This document shows, piece after piece, positions 31,506 through 41,852 of a DNA stretch of 64,000 nucleotides. The notes under the pieces are model-generated. The model searched no databases and was not told the origin of the DNA. It worked only from the letters and a program-made list of their open reading frames with translations. Both the position numbers and the translations under genes were made by a program. The first letter of the stretch is position 1. Each line of letters opens with the position of its first letter. The DNA comes from a candidate division WOR-3 bacterium (GTDB lineage Bacteria > Hydrothermota > Tepidihabitantia > Tepidihabitantales > DTDR01). Where the stretch lies: positions 11,294-75,293 of the forward strand of contig JANXBG010000002.1 of assembly GCA_025060715.1 (NCBI GenBank), given 5' to 3'.

Positions 31506-33581
31506 TCAGATTTTAATTATTTTACCATTTACTTTATAACCCTTTTCATTTATCAAAAGAAAATAAATCCCCTTTTTAAAATTTGCCATCTCCTTTAAAA
31601 AAACCTTTTCCTTTTCAATTCTTTTTTTGTAAATTAAATTCCCTTTTAAGTCATAAACTTTTAAAAGAAAAGAGGAGTTCTTCGGCAAATCAAATATAAG
31701 GGTATTATTTTTTGAAAAAGGATTAGATAAAGAGATAATATGAGCATAATCCAAAACTTCAAAACTAAAAAATTCACTACCTAAACCTCTGTTGCCATAT
31801 TTATCAACGGGAATAATCAAAAGATAATATTTTCCTTTTTTTAAATGATAAAAAGTATAATTGGTATCGTTAAAAATCTTAAATTCCTTTAAGTTTTTAA
31901 AGCTAATAACCTTTATTTCATCAATAAAAACACCTAAGTAAGTAATTGAGGAATCGGTTTGATAGCGAAACCTTAAATAATAACTTCCCTGAGGTAAAAG
32001 GATTTTTATCTCTTCAAAATAATTACTCTTGCCGTAAAAGGAATCTAATTTTTGAAAATTAACCTTATCAAAAGAATATTCTAAATAAAATATATCCCTT
32101 TTAATTCTATTTAAATAACTCTCCTCAGTAGAATAGAGCAAATCAAAGACTAATAAACCACCTTCTTCTAAATTTATTTTCTCTTTGGTTATTAGACAAT
32201 TATTTAATAAAAGGCCTTCATTAGAATAAAAGGAATTACCCTTTTTAGCAAATTTTCTTGACAAAGAAAAACCGTAATTTTCCCAGAGAGCAAAATCTTC
32301 ACAGGAATCATAAAAAATTGTATCAAAAGAGTTAAAAAGATATAGATAATAATTAATTTCACTCAAATCAAAAGATTTAGAAAAATTTATAAAAATATTA
32401 TTTCTTTTTCTTTCTATTTTTATCTTTTTTACTATTTCAGGTCTTATATCATCTAAGGAATAATATTCGTTTAAAAATTCCAACCACTTTACTTCTCTTT
32501 GAAATTCTAATAAAGCGTATTCTTTTATATATTTTTTAAAGCCAAAATAATAATAGGGGAAAAATATTGCTAAACCTTCTCCCTTTTTATAAAACTCTGT
32601 TTTCTTTATACTGATTATTGAGGAAAATATTTTATTTTCAAAATTTAATTCTTTTAAAAGATGGAAAAAATCAATGTGAGAAGCAAAAGAATCTTCTATT
32701 TCAAAAAAGGGATAGGTCTGAATTTTATTTCTTATTAGAGAGAGAAGAGGCTTTTTTTCTTTTAAAAAAGAGAAAGCTTTTTTATATTCCTTTTTTAATA
32801 TGTTTAAATCAATGGCAGAAAAAACTCCTTCTTCTTTTCTTTCTTTTATATTTTTTAAATTATTTTCGGCCCAAATTTCAGAAAGTTCCTTTATTTTTAT
32901 ATCTGGATTTTCTTCAATTTTTTTTATTAAACTTTTGTAATCCCACGCTGAAATTGGTAAAATACTGGGAGAAGCAAAAAGATAATCACAATCATCAAAT
33001 ATTTCAAAACAGATTTCTACCATTCCCATTAAACAGACATCAAAACCAAGAATTTTTATTTTTCTTTTAAGAATTTCCTTGGCTTTTTTAACAAACTCCC
33101 TTAATCCACCACCGGCAACCGAGAGAGAACTACGATCTGTTTCATCATACAAAAATGCCCGATTTAAACTTTGATACCAGCCATTACCGTGGCTATAAAA
33201 TATTAAAAAGTAATTCTCGCTTTCGTAATTTTCTTTAATATACCTTAGAAAATCACTAAAAAAATTTATTTCCGCAATATTAACCTCCGGTAATTTTCTT
33301 TTTAATTCAATATTTCCATTATTTAATTCATAAATTTTGGGAAAAGGGGAAGTATCATAAAAGGCATTATCTATTAAAATTATTGTTCTTACTTTTTTGT
33401 TATATCCCAAATTGGTTAATTTTAAAATCTCTTGATAACCAGCATTAGATAAGTCATTATCGCAAGCAAAATATAAAATAATTGTCCATTTTGATTTTCC
33501 AAAAAGAAGAGATATAAAAATAAGAAAGAGAAATAATTTTTTCATAAAATAAAAATGGGGGTTGATTGGCTCAACCCCCAA
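31506..33581 (-). CDS. Secreted clostripain-like (peptidase C11) cysteine protease with T9SS C-terminal sorting domain
   Basis: Signal peptide; ILYFACDNDL, YSHGNGW (catalytic His region) and LGFDVCLMGMVE (catalytic Cys region) resemble family C11; C-terminus VYDLKGNLIYKK...GIYFLLINEKGYKVNGKIIKI matches the T9SS C-terminal domain. Confidence 0.6.
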   Translation of the reverse strand: MGVEPINPHFYFMKKLFLFLIFISLLFGKSKWTIILYFACDNDLSNAGYQEILKLTNLGYNKKVRTIILIDNAFYDTSPFPKIYELNNGNIELKRKLPEVNIAEINFFSDFLRYIKENYESENYFLIFYSHGNGWYQSLNRAFLYDETDRSSLSVAGGGLREFVKKAKEILKRKIKILGFDVCLMGMVEICFEIFDDCDYLFASPSILPISAWDYKSLIKKIEENPDIKIKELSEIWAENNLKNIKERKEEGVFSAIDLNILKKEYKKAFSFLKEKKPLLSLIRNKIQTYPFFEIEDSFASHIDFFHLLKELNFENKIFSSIISIKKTEFYKKGEGLAIFFPYYYFGFKKYIKEYALLEFQREVKWLEFLNEYYSLDDIRPEIVKKIKIERKRNNIFINFSKSFDLSEINYYLYLFNSFDTIFYDSCEDFALWENYGFSLSRKFAKKGNSFYSNEGLLLNNCLITKEKINLEEGGLLVFDLLYSTEESYLNRIKRDIFYLEYSFDKVNFQKLDSFYGKSNYFEEIKILLPQGSYYLRFRYQTDSSITYLGVFIDEIKVISFKNLKEFKIFNDTNYTFYHLKKGKYYLLIIPVDKYGNRGLGSEFFSFEVLDYAHIISLSNPFSKNNTLIFDLPKNSSFLLKVYDLKGNLIYKKRIEKEKVFLKEMANFKKGIYFLLINEKGYKVNGKIIKI

Positions 33582-33605
33582 AAGCCTTCCTTTTTTTATA
33601 TATTA

Positions 33606-34637
33606 TTAAAAGACAAAACTCACACTTACCCGGTGGGAGCCAAGGAGATAATGGTGATGACGATAACTATAGTCAATTTGAAATTCCATACCATTTATCA
33701 ATTTACTCTTAACTCCTAAACCACCTGAAAGACCTGTGGTCCAATGAATTTGATTACGATATTCACTATCGGTATTTAAAATATAACCTCCCCGAATAAA
33801 AAAGAGATTGCCAAGAAGATATTCAAAACCAATATTAAAGGTCTCATTAATATCATTATAATGGACTAAATCGGTGCAGAGAGTAAGGCGCGAATTAGCA
33901 GTAGAGATTAAATCGGCTGCAAGACCAAATCTAAAGGTTGTTGGTATTGGTACCGGTGTAGCAACATTAGAAATAGGTATCTCTTTTCCAGTTTTTTCAT
34001 CTCTTTCAATCCTTCTTAATCTACCACCAGTAAAAACAATTTCTGGTCCATAGTTATTAATTGCTACCCCAATTCTTAAGTTATGAAAACCGGTGTTGAA
34101 ATGGAATCCAACATCAAAAGCAAAAGTGCTTGCCGACATATCCCAAATTCTTTCTTGAATTCCCTTTACACCAATACCGATTGACAATTTTTCAGTAAAA
34201 TAACGGGCAAAACTCATTCCGACAGCCATTCCCGAAGCACTAAAACGTAAACCGGTGCCTTCGTCCTCTCTTTGATAAGTGTATAAAGAATCAATTTGTG
34301 TTTCCATCATACTTCCCATTGTTAAAGCGATTACTGAAAAGCCGAAATTACCAATCACACCGGCAGGAATAACAGCACTCAGGTATTCGTGAGAAACATC
34401 GGCAATCCAATCAATATGATTAAAGAAAACTACTCTTTTTGTCAAAAGAGATAAGCCACTAGGATTATAAAAAGTAGCAGTAGCGTCATCACAAAGGGCA
34501 ACAAAAGAAGAACCCATACCACTTGCCCGACCAACATCAATCTTTAACCAGGAAGCACCCGTAGTCCCTCTCTTATCAAAAGCACCAAAAACAAAGGTTA
34601 TTATTAAAATAGTTATTAATAGTAATTTAACTCTCAT
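33606..34637 (-). CDS. PorV/PorQ-family T9SS-associated outer-membrane beta-barrel protein (paralog of 27377..28285)
   Basis: GASWLKIDVGRASGMGSSFVALCDDATATFYNPSGLS motif; signal peptide; ends with F. Confidence 0.6.
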   Translation of the reverse strand: MRVKLLLITILIITFVFGAFDKRGTTGASWLKIDVGRASGMGSSFVALCDDATATFYNPSGLSLLTKRVVFFNHIDWIADVSHEYLSAVIPAGVIGNFGFSVIALTMGSMMETQIDSLYTYQREDEGTGLRFSASGMAVGMSFARYFTEKLSIGIGVKGIQERIWDMSASTFAFDVGFHFNTGFHNLRIGVAINNYGPEIVFTGGRLRRIERDEKTGKEIPISNVATPVPIPTTFRFGLAADLISTANSRLTLCTDLVHYNDINETFNIGFEYLLGNLFFIRGGYILNTDSEYRNQIHWTTGLSGGLGVKSKLINGMEFQIDYSYRHHHYLLGSHRVSVSFVF

Positions 34638-34647
34638 CTTATCCTCC

Positions 34648-37596
34648 TTACATTATGATGGCAAATTTACCAATCTGTTTACCGTATTTAGAATCCACAT
34701 GAAAGATATAGACACCGCTAGCAACCTTCTGATTGTGCTGATTTAACAGATTCCATTCAGCTGTACCGCCAAATTTATTATTTTTAGTTCCCTTTTCCGA
34801 AGACTTATGTTCAATTATCTTCACTAAATCACCAGCCAAATTGAAAATTCTAATAACGCATTCATCAGGTAAATTCACAAATTGTAATCTTCTTGCCAAA
34901 GTTGTCTTTTCCCACTTATTAGTAATAATATAAGGATTAGGCACCACTTTCACATTCAATTTTTGACCTGCCATATCAGTAAATCTCATTGCGGTGGTAG
35001 TTATTATAAATTTGTTATAAGAAGGAGCTGTACCATAAGTTTTATTAGAATAGATATACCAAGTATCGCCAGGCTGTATCATCTGTTTAATTTGAGGATT
35101 TATCGGTCCACCTTTTCTAATTTGGATATAACCACCAGGTATATAAATATAAAATTCATTATTTCTTAAGGTATCGGATGCACGAGTGGTGATAGCAGTT
35201 CCGTTTAGAAAAGCCCAACAATTACCATATCCAACTCGCCACATATTAAAGAGAGAATCATATTTTACTTCTACTTTATTAGTCAAATCATAAACCTCTT
35301 TTAATGTTAATCCGCCTTCTGGTTTTCTTCCCCAAACAAGCCGATAATCAGAACCGCGAAATGCCCAAGCAACTTTTAAAAAAGGTTGTCTATCTAATGT
35401 CAATAATTTCAACGATTCAGCTGGATAATTTCCATTAACATTCTTAATCTCCACATTAACAAAAGGTTCAGGTTTTGCAGAATCTAATTCCATTGTAAAT
35501 ACTAAGTTTGTTCCATCAAAGGAAGGAAAATAGAATTTCTCTTTTTTACCCAAGGTATAAGGTATTTGGCAAGTTACCAATGTTTCGCTGTAATCTAATT
35601 TAGTAATTATCGCTTGATAAATTGGTTGAGTATCTATTAAATTACATATCGGATCAAGGAAGGTTAAAAGATATTGAGTATCTTTTGTTAAATAAGGAGC
35701 GGTAAAGATAACATCAAATTTAAACTTATTATTGAGGCTATCTCCGATAAGCATTTTTATTTCTGAAGAGGGTTTTTGATAATTAGCTACCTCTTTTCTT
35801 GGTGTCACTTCAATTGCTTGGATTCCGCTTTCTAATATTAAAGTTTTTCCCCAAGTTTTATTATAATCAAAAGAAGTTACTGCATAATAATAAGTATATC
35901 CATTAATCACACTGTCATCCACATAATAGTAGAAAGTTCCTTTATCGTTTGCCCAGACAAAAATACTTTCTGAATAGACAGTATCTCCTCTGATAATCTC
36001 CGTTTTCTTAAAAGTATCGGCATATTTAATACCGTTTTTCAAATCGCAAATGGCTTTGAGTTCCCATTCAACTCCGTCAAGGGATTTATAAATTTTATAA
36101 CCTTCAAAATCATATTCCCGATAAGTTGTATCACCAGCTAATTGAGCAATTCTGTAATAGGGGTCAGGAATTTTCTCCATTCTATTATCCCAAGATAAAA
36201 TTACCCGATTATCTTGGGGCATAGCGGTTACAACCGGTGGGAAGGGAGGAGCAGGTAATAACCAGTTTTTATCATAACATCTTTGAGCTTCAGCACTTAC
36301 TCTTGCTAAATCCCAAGTATCTCTTTGATTAAAGGGTTGTCCCTCTTCTCCGTATTTTGCTGCAATCACAGCAACCACCAAGGTCGCTATTGAATCGGGT
36401 GGTAAATCAAAAGGACCTGTAGATTGTAAAAACCTTTTATCTCCGGGTGTTTCGTCAATATTATCATACGGCTTATATTCTCGGGTAGCAATCTGATAGC
36501 CAGCCAACGTCAAATATTTTTCAACATCTGTTTTTGGGTCTTGCTCAAGAGTAAACATCTTACAACTGGTCATTCCTAATTGTTCAATTTCAGAAAAGTC
36601 TCGCCAAGCAGGAATGTTATCATTATCACTATCTCTTAATAGTGTGTCAGGAAGACCACAAATGTAGGCACTATCAATTTCTTGTAAATCAATTAAACCA
36701 TCTTCATCGTTATCTTTATTATCTTTTAAGGCATAAGGACTTTGTAAAAAGTCATAAGCAACTGCTCCAGGAACTCCTCTTTCCCAAAGCGTGCCGGGTG
36801 ATTCACGATTATCACTATCATAAATCCAAGCAAGATTATCCACAAAAATAGAATCGTTACCTTTTTTAATATATTTTCTTGGCGTTCTTCTCTCGTCAAG
36901 AACCATTGCCATCATATCATCCCGATAATACCCCACATCTCCATCCAAAACTACTCCGAGATACATATTTTTCAAAGTATCTCCTGAAACATTTTTTATT
37001 TCGTATTTCAAAAAGAAAATATCCCGATTAGAAGGTAAGTTCCAATGATAACCAGTTAAATAAACATCCACACCAATTGGTTTTGTGTCACCTGGTTTAT
37101 GGGCTGGTAAGTGGGCATCGGAAAAACAACACCAAACATCCATACCCGAAACAGTATCTTGGGGTGCCATTGGAAACTTATCTTTTGGGGGTGGCCATTT
37201 ATCAGGAAAATAATAGATACAATCATCGGCAGTTCCCGTAGAGCCATCATATCTTGAATGGATTACTGGCCACAATTCACTGGCACCAGAATTGGGATCA
37301 TATCCACAGGAAACTAATGTCTCACCTTGGGGAGAAATTGCGCCAATCCAAATTCCGGCACCAAAGATATAGAAATTTCTTAAAGGTCTTGGCCAAGAAC
37401 CACCAGCTGCACCCGTTCCACCTCCTCCGGTAGCATCAAATCCAAATCTACCATCATTGTGAAGAGGATAACGCCAGCGGTTGTATTCAATCCATTTTTG
37501 CTCAAAGACTTTTTTTCCTGAATTAGAGGTAAATGTCTTTGCAAAAAGAAGAGTGATGGAAAAGAGTATTAAAATAGCTATTAATTTCTTATACAT
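34648..37596 (-). CDS. Large (982 aa) secreted protein of unknown function with T9SS C-terminal sorting domain
   Basis: Signal peptide; C-terminus KVVPNPYIITNKWEK...IRIFNLAGDLVKIIEH...SGVYIFHVDSKYGKQIGKFAIIM matches the T9SS C-terminal domain pattern. Confidence 0.65.
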   Translation of the reverse strand: MYKKLIAILILFSITLLFAKTFTSNSGKKVFEQKWIEYNRWRYPLHNDGRFGFDATGGGGTGAAGGSWPRPLRNFYIFGAGIWIGAISPQGETLVSCGYDPNSGASELWPVIHSRYDGSTGTADDCIYYFPDKWPPPKDKFPMAPQDTVSGMDVWCCFSDAHLPAHKPGDTKPIGVDVYLTGYHWNLPSNRDIFFLKYEIKNVSGDTLKNMYLGVVLDGDVGYYRDDMMAMVLDERRTPRKYIKKGNDSIFVDNLAWIYDSDNRESPGTLWERGVPGAVAYDFLQSPYALKDNKDNDEDGLIDLQEIDSAYICGLPDTLLRDSDNDNIPAWRDFSEIEQLGMTSCKMFTLEQDPKTDVEKYLTLAGYQIATREYKPYDNIDETPGDKRFLQSTGPFDLPPDSIATLVVAVIAAKYGEEGQPFNQRDTWDLARVSAEAQRCYDKNWLLPAPPFPPVVTAMPQDNRVILSWDNRMEKIPDPYYRIAQLAGDTTYREYDFEGYKIYKSLDGVEWELKAICDLKNGIKYADTFKKTEIIRGDTVYSESIFVWANDKGTFYYYVDDSVINGYTYYYAVTSFDYNKTWGKTLILESGIQAIEVTPRKEVANYQKPSSEIKMLIGDSLNNKFKFDVIFTAPYLTKDTQYLLTFLDPICNLIDTQPIYQAIITKLDYSETLVTCQIPYTLGKKEKFYFPSFDGTNLVFTMELDSAKPEPFVNVEIKNVNGNYPAESLKLLTLDRQPFLKVAWAFRGSDYRLVWGRKPEGGLTLKEVYDLTNKVEVKYDSLFNMWRVGYGNCWAFLNGTAITTRASDTLRNNEFYIYIPGGYIQIRKGGPINPQIKQMIQPGDTWYIYSNKTYGTAPSYNKFIITTTAMRFTDMAGQKLNVKVVPNPYIITNKWEKTTLARRLQFVNLPDECVIRIFNLAGDLVKIIEHKSSEKGTKNNKFGGTAEWNLLNQHNQKVASGVYIFHVDSKYGKQIGKFAIIM

Positions 37597-37607
37597 TTTT
37601 CCTCCCT

Positions 37608-40343
37608 TTAAAATCCCAAACCAATACCAATTCTTACCCTTCTTGGGGGTCCAAAATTGGCTGGGTTATTTATCAAATCATTCCTTGCTGCTATATAAGA
37701 CTCAAACCTTTCTTTTTGAGAAATCCAACCATCATGATTAAAATCTCTTGCTGGATGATAACCTGCGTCACCAGGAATTTGACCAAAACTAAATTGACCA
37801 ATATAAAATTGTTGTCCATCCCAATCTGGAGCACCGGTTGCTGAATACACATTTGTAACATTTAAACGATTAGTAACATTTAAAATATCACAGAAAAGGG
37901 ATAATTTCAAACCACCAATATTAATATCCTTTGATAATCGGGCATCAATATTCCAAGTTGCTGGCATTCTTGCTGAATTTAAATCACCAATTCTTGTTCC
38001 TCGGATATCCGTCGGTGTATATGGGAAACCACTACCAAAATTGAAAATAATGCCGATATCAAAGTTTCTTAAAGGCAAAAAGACAAAATCGCTTGGAAAA
38101 GAAAGACCTAAATCTAAATTAACTACATGTCTTTGGTCATAATCCAAGTAATAATCAATTTGGGTAAAAGGAATACCTTGGTAGTTATAAGTATACCATT
38201 GCCAAGCCTCAGCAGCAGTTCCTTTGGCAATTTGGAAAGTATAAGCAAGTTTTCCATTCCAATAATTGGAAAGCCTTTTTTGTAAACCAACCTCAAAACC
38301 AAAAACCCTTCCGTATTCCACATTAACAACCTTTGTATAACCCATTGGTAAAGCAGGAACTCCTCTTGTGCCTACTAAGTCATAGATATCTTTATAGAAT
38401 AAAGTCAAATCAGCACCCCAGAAATCATTTATTTGCCATTCTAAACCACTTTCGTAAGCAACCGTTTTTTGAGCATTTAAATCAGGATTTCCAACAATTA
38501 TATTTCCTCTTTGAATAATATCGGCAAATAGACTTTCATAAAGATGGGTAAAAGTTGGTGATTGGAAGAAATGACCATAAGAAAATCTAAACTTCATCCT
38601 TTCGGTAACTGGGAAACTAATTCCTATTCTTGGTGAAATCTTATATTTTGGTTTTGCTTCAGTAGTTGTCGTATCTAACACATTAGTGCCATCTTCACCA
38701 TATTTACGATATCTTGATTTTGGATGCAACATATCAAACCGCAAACCTGCTCTAACAACTAAATCACCAAAATCGGCACGGTCTTGAATATAATAAGCAA
38801 GAGAATAAGGATATTTCTTATAGGCATCCCAGAAAGGATTGGATGACCAAGGTAAAGAGTTTTCTAATAGCCATAATGAATAGAATTTTGCTTCAAAACC
38901 TGTCTTAATCTCATGGATTTTTCTATAAACATATGTGAAATCTCCTTTGAAATTATAGGTTTTTGATTGACGATAATGCCAAAGTCGATAGTCACCATAA
39001 CAGTAAAATAGACCATTTACTCCCCAAGGGTTGTTGTCCGAATAATTATATTCTGTCCATTTAGCTACAGTATCTTTCCATAATAAAAGGATAGCCTTCT
39101 CTGGATTGGTATCTTTAAGTACAAAATCTTCCGATTTAAAGCGATATAAATCCCATAACCCAAGTTTTTCTAAAATATGAGATTTATCCCGTTTCTGGTA
39201 TTCTTTATCTCTTACGGTTTGTAAGCGGTCATAATAATGATATCCCGCTTTTAAGTCTAAAATCATATTATCTTTTAACATTGTATTAAAATTAATCGCT
39301 AACTGATCGCCAAAACTTCTAACCGCTCCAAAACGGTCAAGCCAATATTTCCAACTATTTGACCAAAATTGCCATTGATAACAAGCGGTATAATAAGAGA
39401 TAGAAAATTTAGACTTGGGTAATTTATAAGATATCTTAATATCACCAGTATACTCTTCTCTTGGCTTCTGAAGTTTATATTTTGTTGGGCTGGCATCTTC
39501 TGTTCGCATTAATTCACCAGAAATAGCATAACGCAATCTTTTAGTAAAAAGAGGACCGCTTAAAGAAAATTGATAAAAATTATAACCAAAATCTAATGCT
39601 TTTGAAGGCAAATAATCATCTGAAGTATATCTTAAAACTCCCGAATGTTTTTCTCCGCCTTCTTTTTTAATAATCTGGACAACACCCGACATTGCTTCAC
39701 CATACTCAGCATCAAAACCACCAGTAATAATTGAAACTTCGGAAACAGCTGCGGAAGGAGGTCGGTGATAGGCAATTTGATAAAAGGGATCAACAGCTGA
39801 GATTCCATCAACTAAAGTTAATACTTCATCATACCTACCACCACGCACATGAGCAAATCCACCCCGAGTAACCACTCCTGCTTGAAGATTGACCAATTGA
39901 GTCACAATGGTTAATGGCAATCTCTTTAATTCCTCTTCACCCGCAATTCTTGTTGTTTGAACTGCAGTTTTAATAACCATTGGTCTTTCGGCAGTAACCT
40001 CTACCGGTTTTTCAATTTCAATCACTGTTGGTTTTAATTGAAAATCAACATAAGTAGTCTGGTCCACAATCACCTTCACACCTTTAACCCTTACCGGTTC
40101 ATAACCAACATAAGAGGCAGTAACGTCATAAGTACCAACCGGAACATTAATAATTAAATAATGTCCAGTAGCATCAGTAGCCGCTCCTAATTCAGTCCCC
40201 TCAACAATTACATTTACACCTACTAAAGGCTCTTTCGTATTAGCATCAATAACCCTTCCAGCAATTTTTCCTGTTTCACCAGCATAGGCGGTATAAGAAA
40301 AAAATACCGCCAGTATTAAAATAATTTTTAAAAGGCTTCGCAT
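37608..40343 (-). CDS. TonB-dependent outer-membrane receptor-like protein with N-terminal carboxypeptidase-regulatory-like domain (SusC/RagA-like architecture)
   Basis: Signal peptide; CarbopepD_reg-like GKIAGRVIDANTKEPLVGVNVIVEGTELGAATDATGHYLIINVPVGTYDV; plug region; 911 aa beta-barrel ending ...GIGLGF. Confidence 0.65.
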   Translation of the reverse strand: MRSLLKIILILAVFFSYTAYAGETGKIAGRVIDANTKEPLVGVNVIVEGTELGAATDATGHYLIINVPVGTYDVTASYVGYEPVRVKGVKVIVDQTTYVDFQLKPTVIEIEKPVEVTAERPMVIKTAVQTTRIAGEEELKRLPLTIVTQLVNLQAGVVTRGGFAHVRGGRYDEVLTLVDGISAVDPFYQIAYHRPPSAAVSEVSIITGGFDAEYGEAMSGVVQIIKKEGGEKHSGVLRYTSDDYLPSKALDFGYNFYQFSLSGPLFTKRLRYAISGELMRTEDASPTKYKLQKPREEYTGDIKISYKLPKSKFSISYYTACYQWQFWSNSWKYWLDRFGAVRSFGDQLAINFNTMLKDNMILDLKAGYHYYDRLQTVRDKEYQKRDKSHILEKLGLWDLYRFKSEDFVLKDTNPEKAILLLWKDTVAKWTEYNYSDNNPWGVNGLFYCYGDYRLWHYRQSKTYNFKGDFTYVYRKIHEIKTGFEAKFYSLWLLENSLPWSSNPFWDAYKKYPYSLAYYIQDRADFGDLVVRAGLRFDMLHPKSRYRKYGEDGTNVLDTTTTEAKPKYKISPRIGISFPVTERMKFRFSYGHFFQSPTFTHLYESLFADIIQRGNIIVGNPDLNAQKTVAYESGLEWQINDFWGADLTLFYKDIYDLVGTRGVPALPMGYTKVVNVEYGRVFGFEVGLQKRLSNYWNGKLAYTFQIAKGTAAEAWQWYTYNYQGIPFTQIDYYLDYDQRHVVNLDLGLSFPSDFVFLPLRNFDIGIIFNFGSGFPYTPTDIRGTRIGDLNSARMPATWNIDARLSKDINIGGLKLSLFCDILNVTNRLNVTNVYSATGAPDWDGQQFYIGQFSFGQIPGDAGYHPARDFNHDGWISQKERFESYIAARNDLINNPANFGPPRRVRIGIGLGF

Positions 40344-40355
40344 CTTTCCCTCCTT

Positions 40356-41390
40356 TTATTTAACTCTTGTTGCAATTCCCCAAATAATTGCCCTCGGTTC
40401 TTTTTTAATATGAGTTAAAGCTTCATAAGTAATACCTTCAACATAAAACCGATTAAAACCTTCAGGCAGAACAAATTTTTTAGAAGACAAAATTCTTTGC
40501 CATTTTTTAGTTTCTTTATCTTTATAATAAACAAAAGTATAAACCGAATCAGCAGGATCTAGCCAATAAGGACAACTAACCTGTAAAGAATCTGTTGGTA
40601 AATATAAAAGAGAATCCTTTTTCTCGCAACTTACCTCTTCAACATAGAAAAGTCTTCTATTAGAAAATTTTAAAGAACAGGATAAATCCCGACTTCTCTG
40701 ATATTCTAATTGAAAAACAGTGCAAGTTTTTGTAGGTGAAGAGATAACCACCCCAAAGAAGCCGCCAGCTTGGTCAAAAAATATCGGTGCCTTCTCAGCA
40801 TCTGGTGAAGAAATTATTTGACAACCAGAGATCTTTTTTAACTTCCACACTCTTGGCTCGGTATCTTTTTTTATTGGTTCAAAAAAGGCTACTTGCCAAG
40901 AAATACCATTAAAGGGTTTTACAATAAGGGTCTCCTTTGCCACAAAATAACTAGCATAATAACCACTATCGGGCAAATAGGGGGTTACAGAATCGGTAAG
41001 GATGTATAAAGAATCTCTAAACTCTCTAATTAAATAAACATGACAAGTAGTATCTTTAATGAAAATAATATTAAAAGAATCCCTTTGATTTATCTTCTTT
41101 CTCCCAAAGGCTTTAGGAAAGAATTTCATAAAAGGTCTGTCCATCTTTAAAAGGGTGTCTAAATATCTACCTTTTTTAAGCTCTACCCCTACTAAAAAAT
41201 TCCCCCTACCAAACATTGTGTCTTCAAAAAGCGGAAGCGCTAATACTTCGTTTGTAAGAAGTTCCTTAATTGCTGCTGAGTCTTTTCCGTCACCCGCAAA
41301 GAAAGGCGGTGGTGGTTCATTTCCACAGGATAGAAAAAGTAATAAAATAATTCCAATTATTCCACTAAAAACTGTTAGCTTTGCTTTCAT
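40356..41390 (-). CDS. Hypothetical lipoprotein
   Basis: Signal peptide ending in a lipobox-like LSCG; no recognisable domain; 12 nt upstream of the TonB-dependent-receptor-like gene. Confidence 0.5.
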   Translation of the reverse strand: MKAKLTVFSGIIGIILLLFLSCGNEPPPPFFAGDGKDSAAIKELLTNEVLALPLFEDTMFGRGNFLVGVELKKGRYLDTLLKMDRPFMKFFPKAFGRKKINQRDSFNIIFIKDTTCHVYLIREFRDSLYILTDSVTPYLPDSGYYASYFVAKETLIVKPFNGISWQVAFFEPIKKDTEPRVWKLKKISGCQIISSPDAEKAPIFFDQAGGFFGVVISSPTKTCTVFQLEYQRSRDLSCSLKFSNRRLFYVEEVSCEKKDSLLYLPTDSLQVSCPYWLDPADSVYTFVYYKDKETKKWQRILSSKKFVLPEGFNRFYVEGITYEALTHIKKEPRAIIWGIATRVK

Positions 41391-41462
41391 AACTAAATCC
41401 TCCTTTTTGTATAATTAATGTTGTTTTTTTTATTAATCCCATATCTATTTTTCTTATTTTAA

Positions 41463-41852
41463 TTATTCCATTTTAAAAGTCAATAATATAGTTTTAAATT
41501 TTTGTGATGACAGAACTTTAAATCCTTTCTTTTGAGCATAACTACTTATTTTCCTATCCGAAGAAATTACTGTATAACGGGTAATATCTTTTGTGTTTTC
41601 TAAAATATTGATAATTGCTAAATCAGCATCTTTAACATAAGAAACTTTTAAATAATCACTCTTAAATCTAATAGGTAGCAACGAAACCAAAGGAACATTT
41701 TTCACATCAAAAAAGATTTGGGCTTTCTTTTTCTTTGTCTCACAATAATCTTTTATAAGAAAAATTATCTCCTCCCGATAATAACTTATTTTATTCCCAT
41801 CAATATTTTTATAAAATTGATACAAAAGATTATAACCATCAATAAGATACAT
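41463..41852 (-). CDS. NYN/PIN-like domain protein (YacP-like)
   Basis: N-terminus MYLIDGYNLLYQF typical of YacP/NYN-domain proteins; 129 aa. Confidence 0.55.
   Translation of the reverse strand: MYLIDGYNLLYQFYKNIDGNKISYYREEIIFLIKDYCETKKKKAQIFFDVKNVPLVSLLPIRFKSDYLKVSYVKDADLAIINILENTKDITRYTVISSDRKISSYAQKKGFKVLSSQKFKTILLTFKME

Noticed and set aside
37608-41390. Calling the TonB-dependent-receptor-like protein plus lipoprotein a canonical SusC/SusD polysaccharide utilisation locus (PUL)
   Set aside because: The adjacent 344-aa lipoprotein lies upstream of the receptor gene instead of following it as SusD does, and it shows no SusD-like TPR signature. No glycoside hydrolases are nearby. I kept it as TonB-dependent-receptor-like with a protein-focused hypothesis instead.
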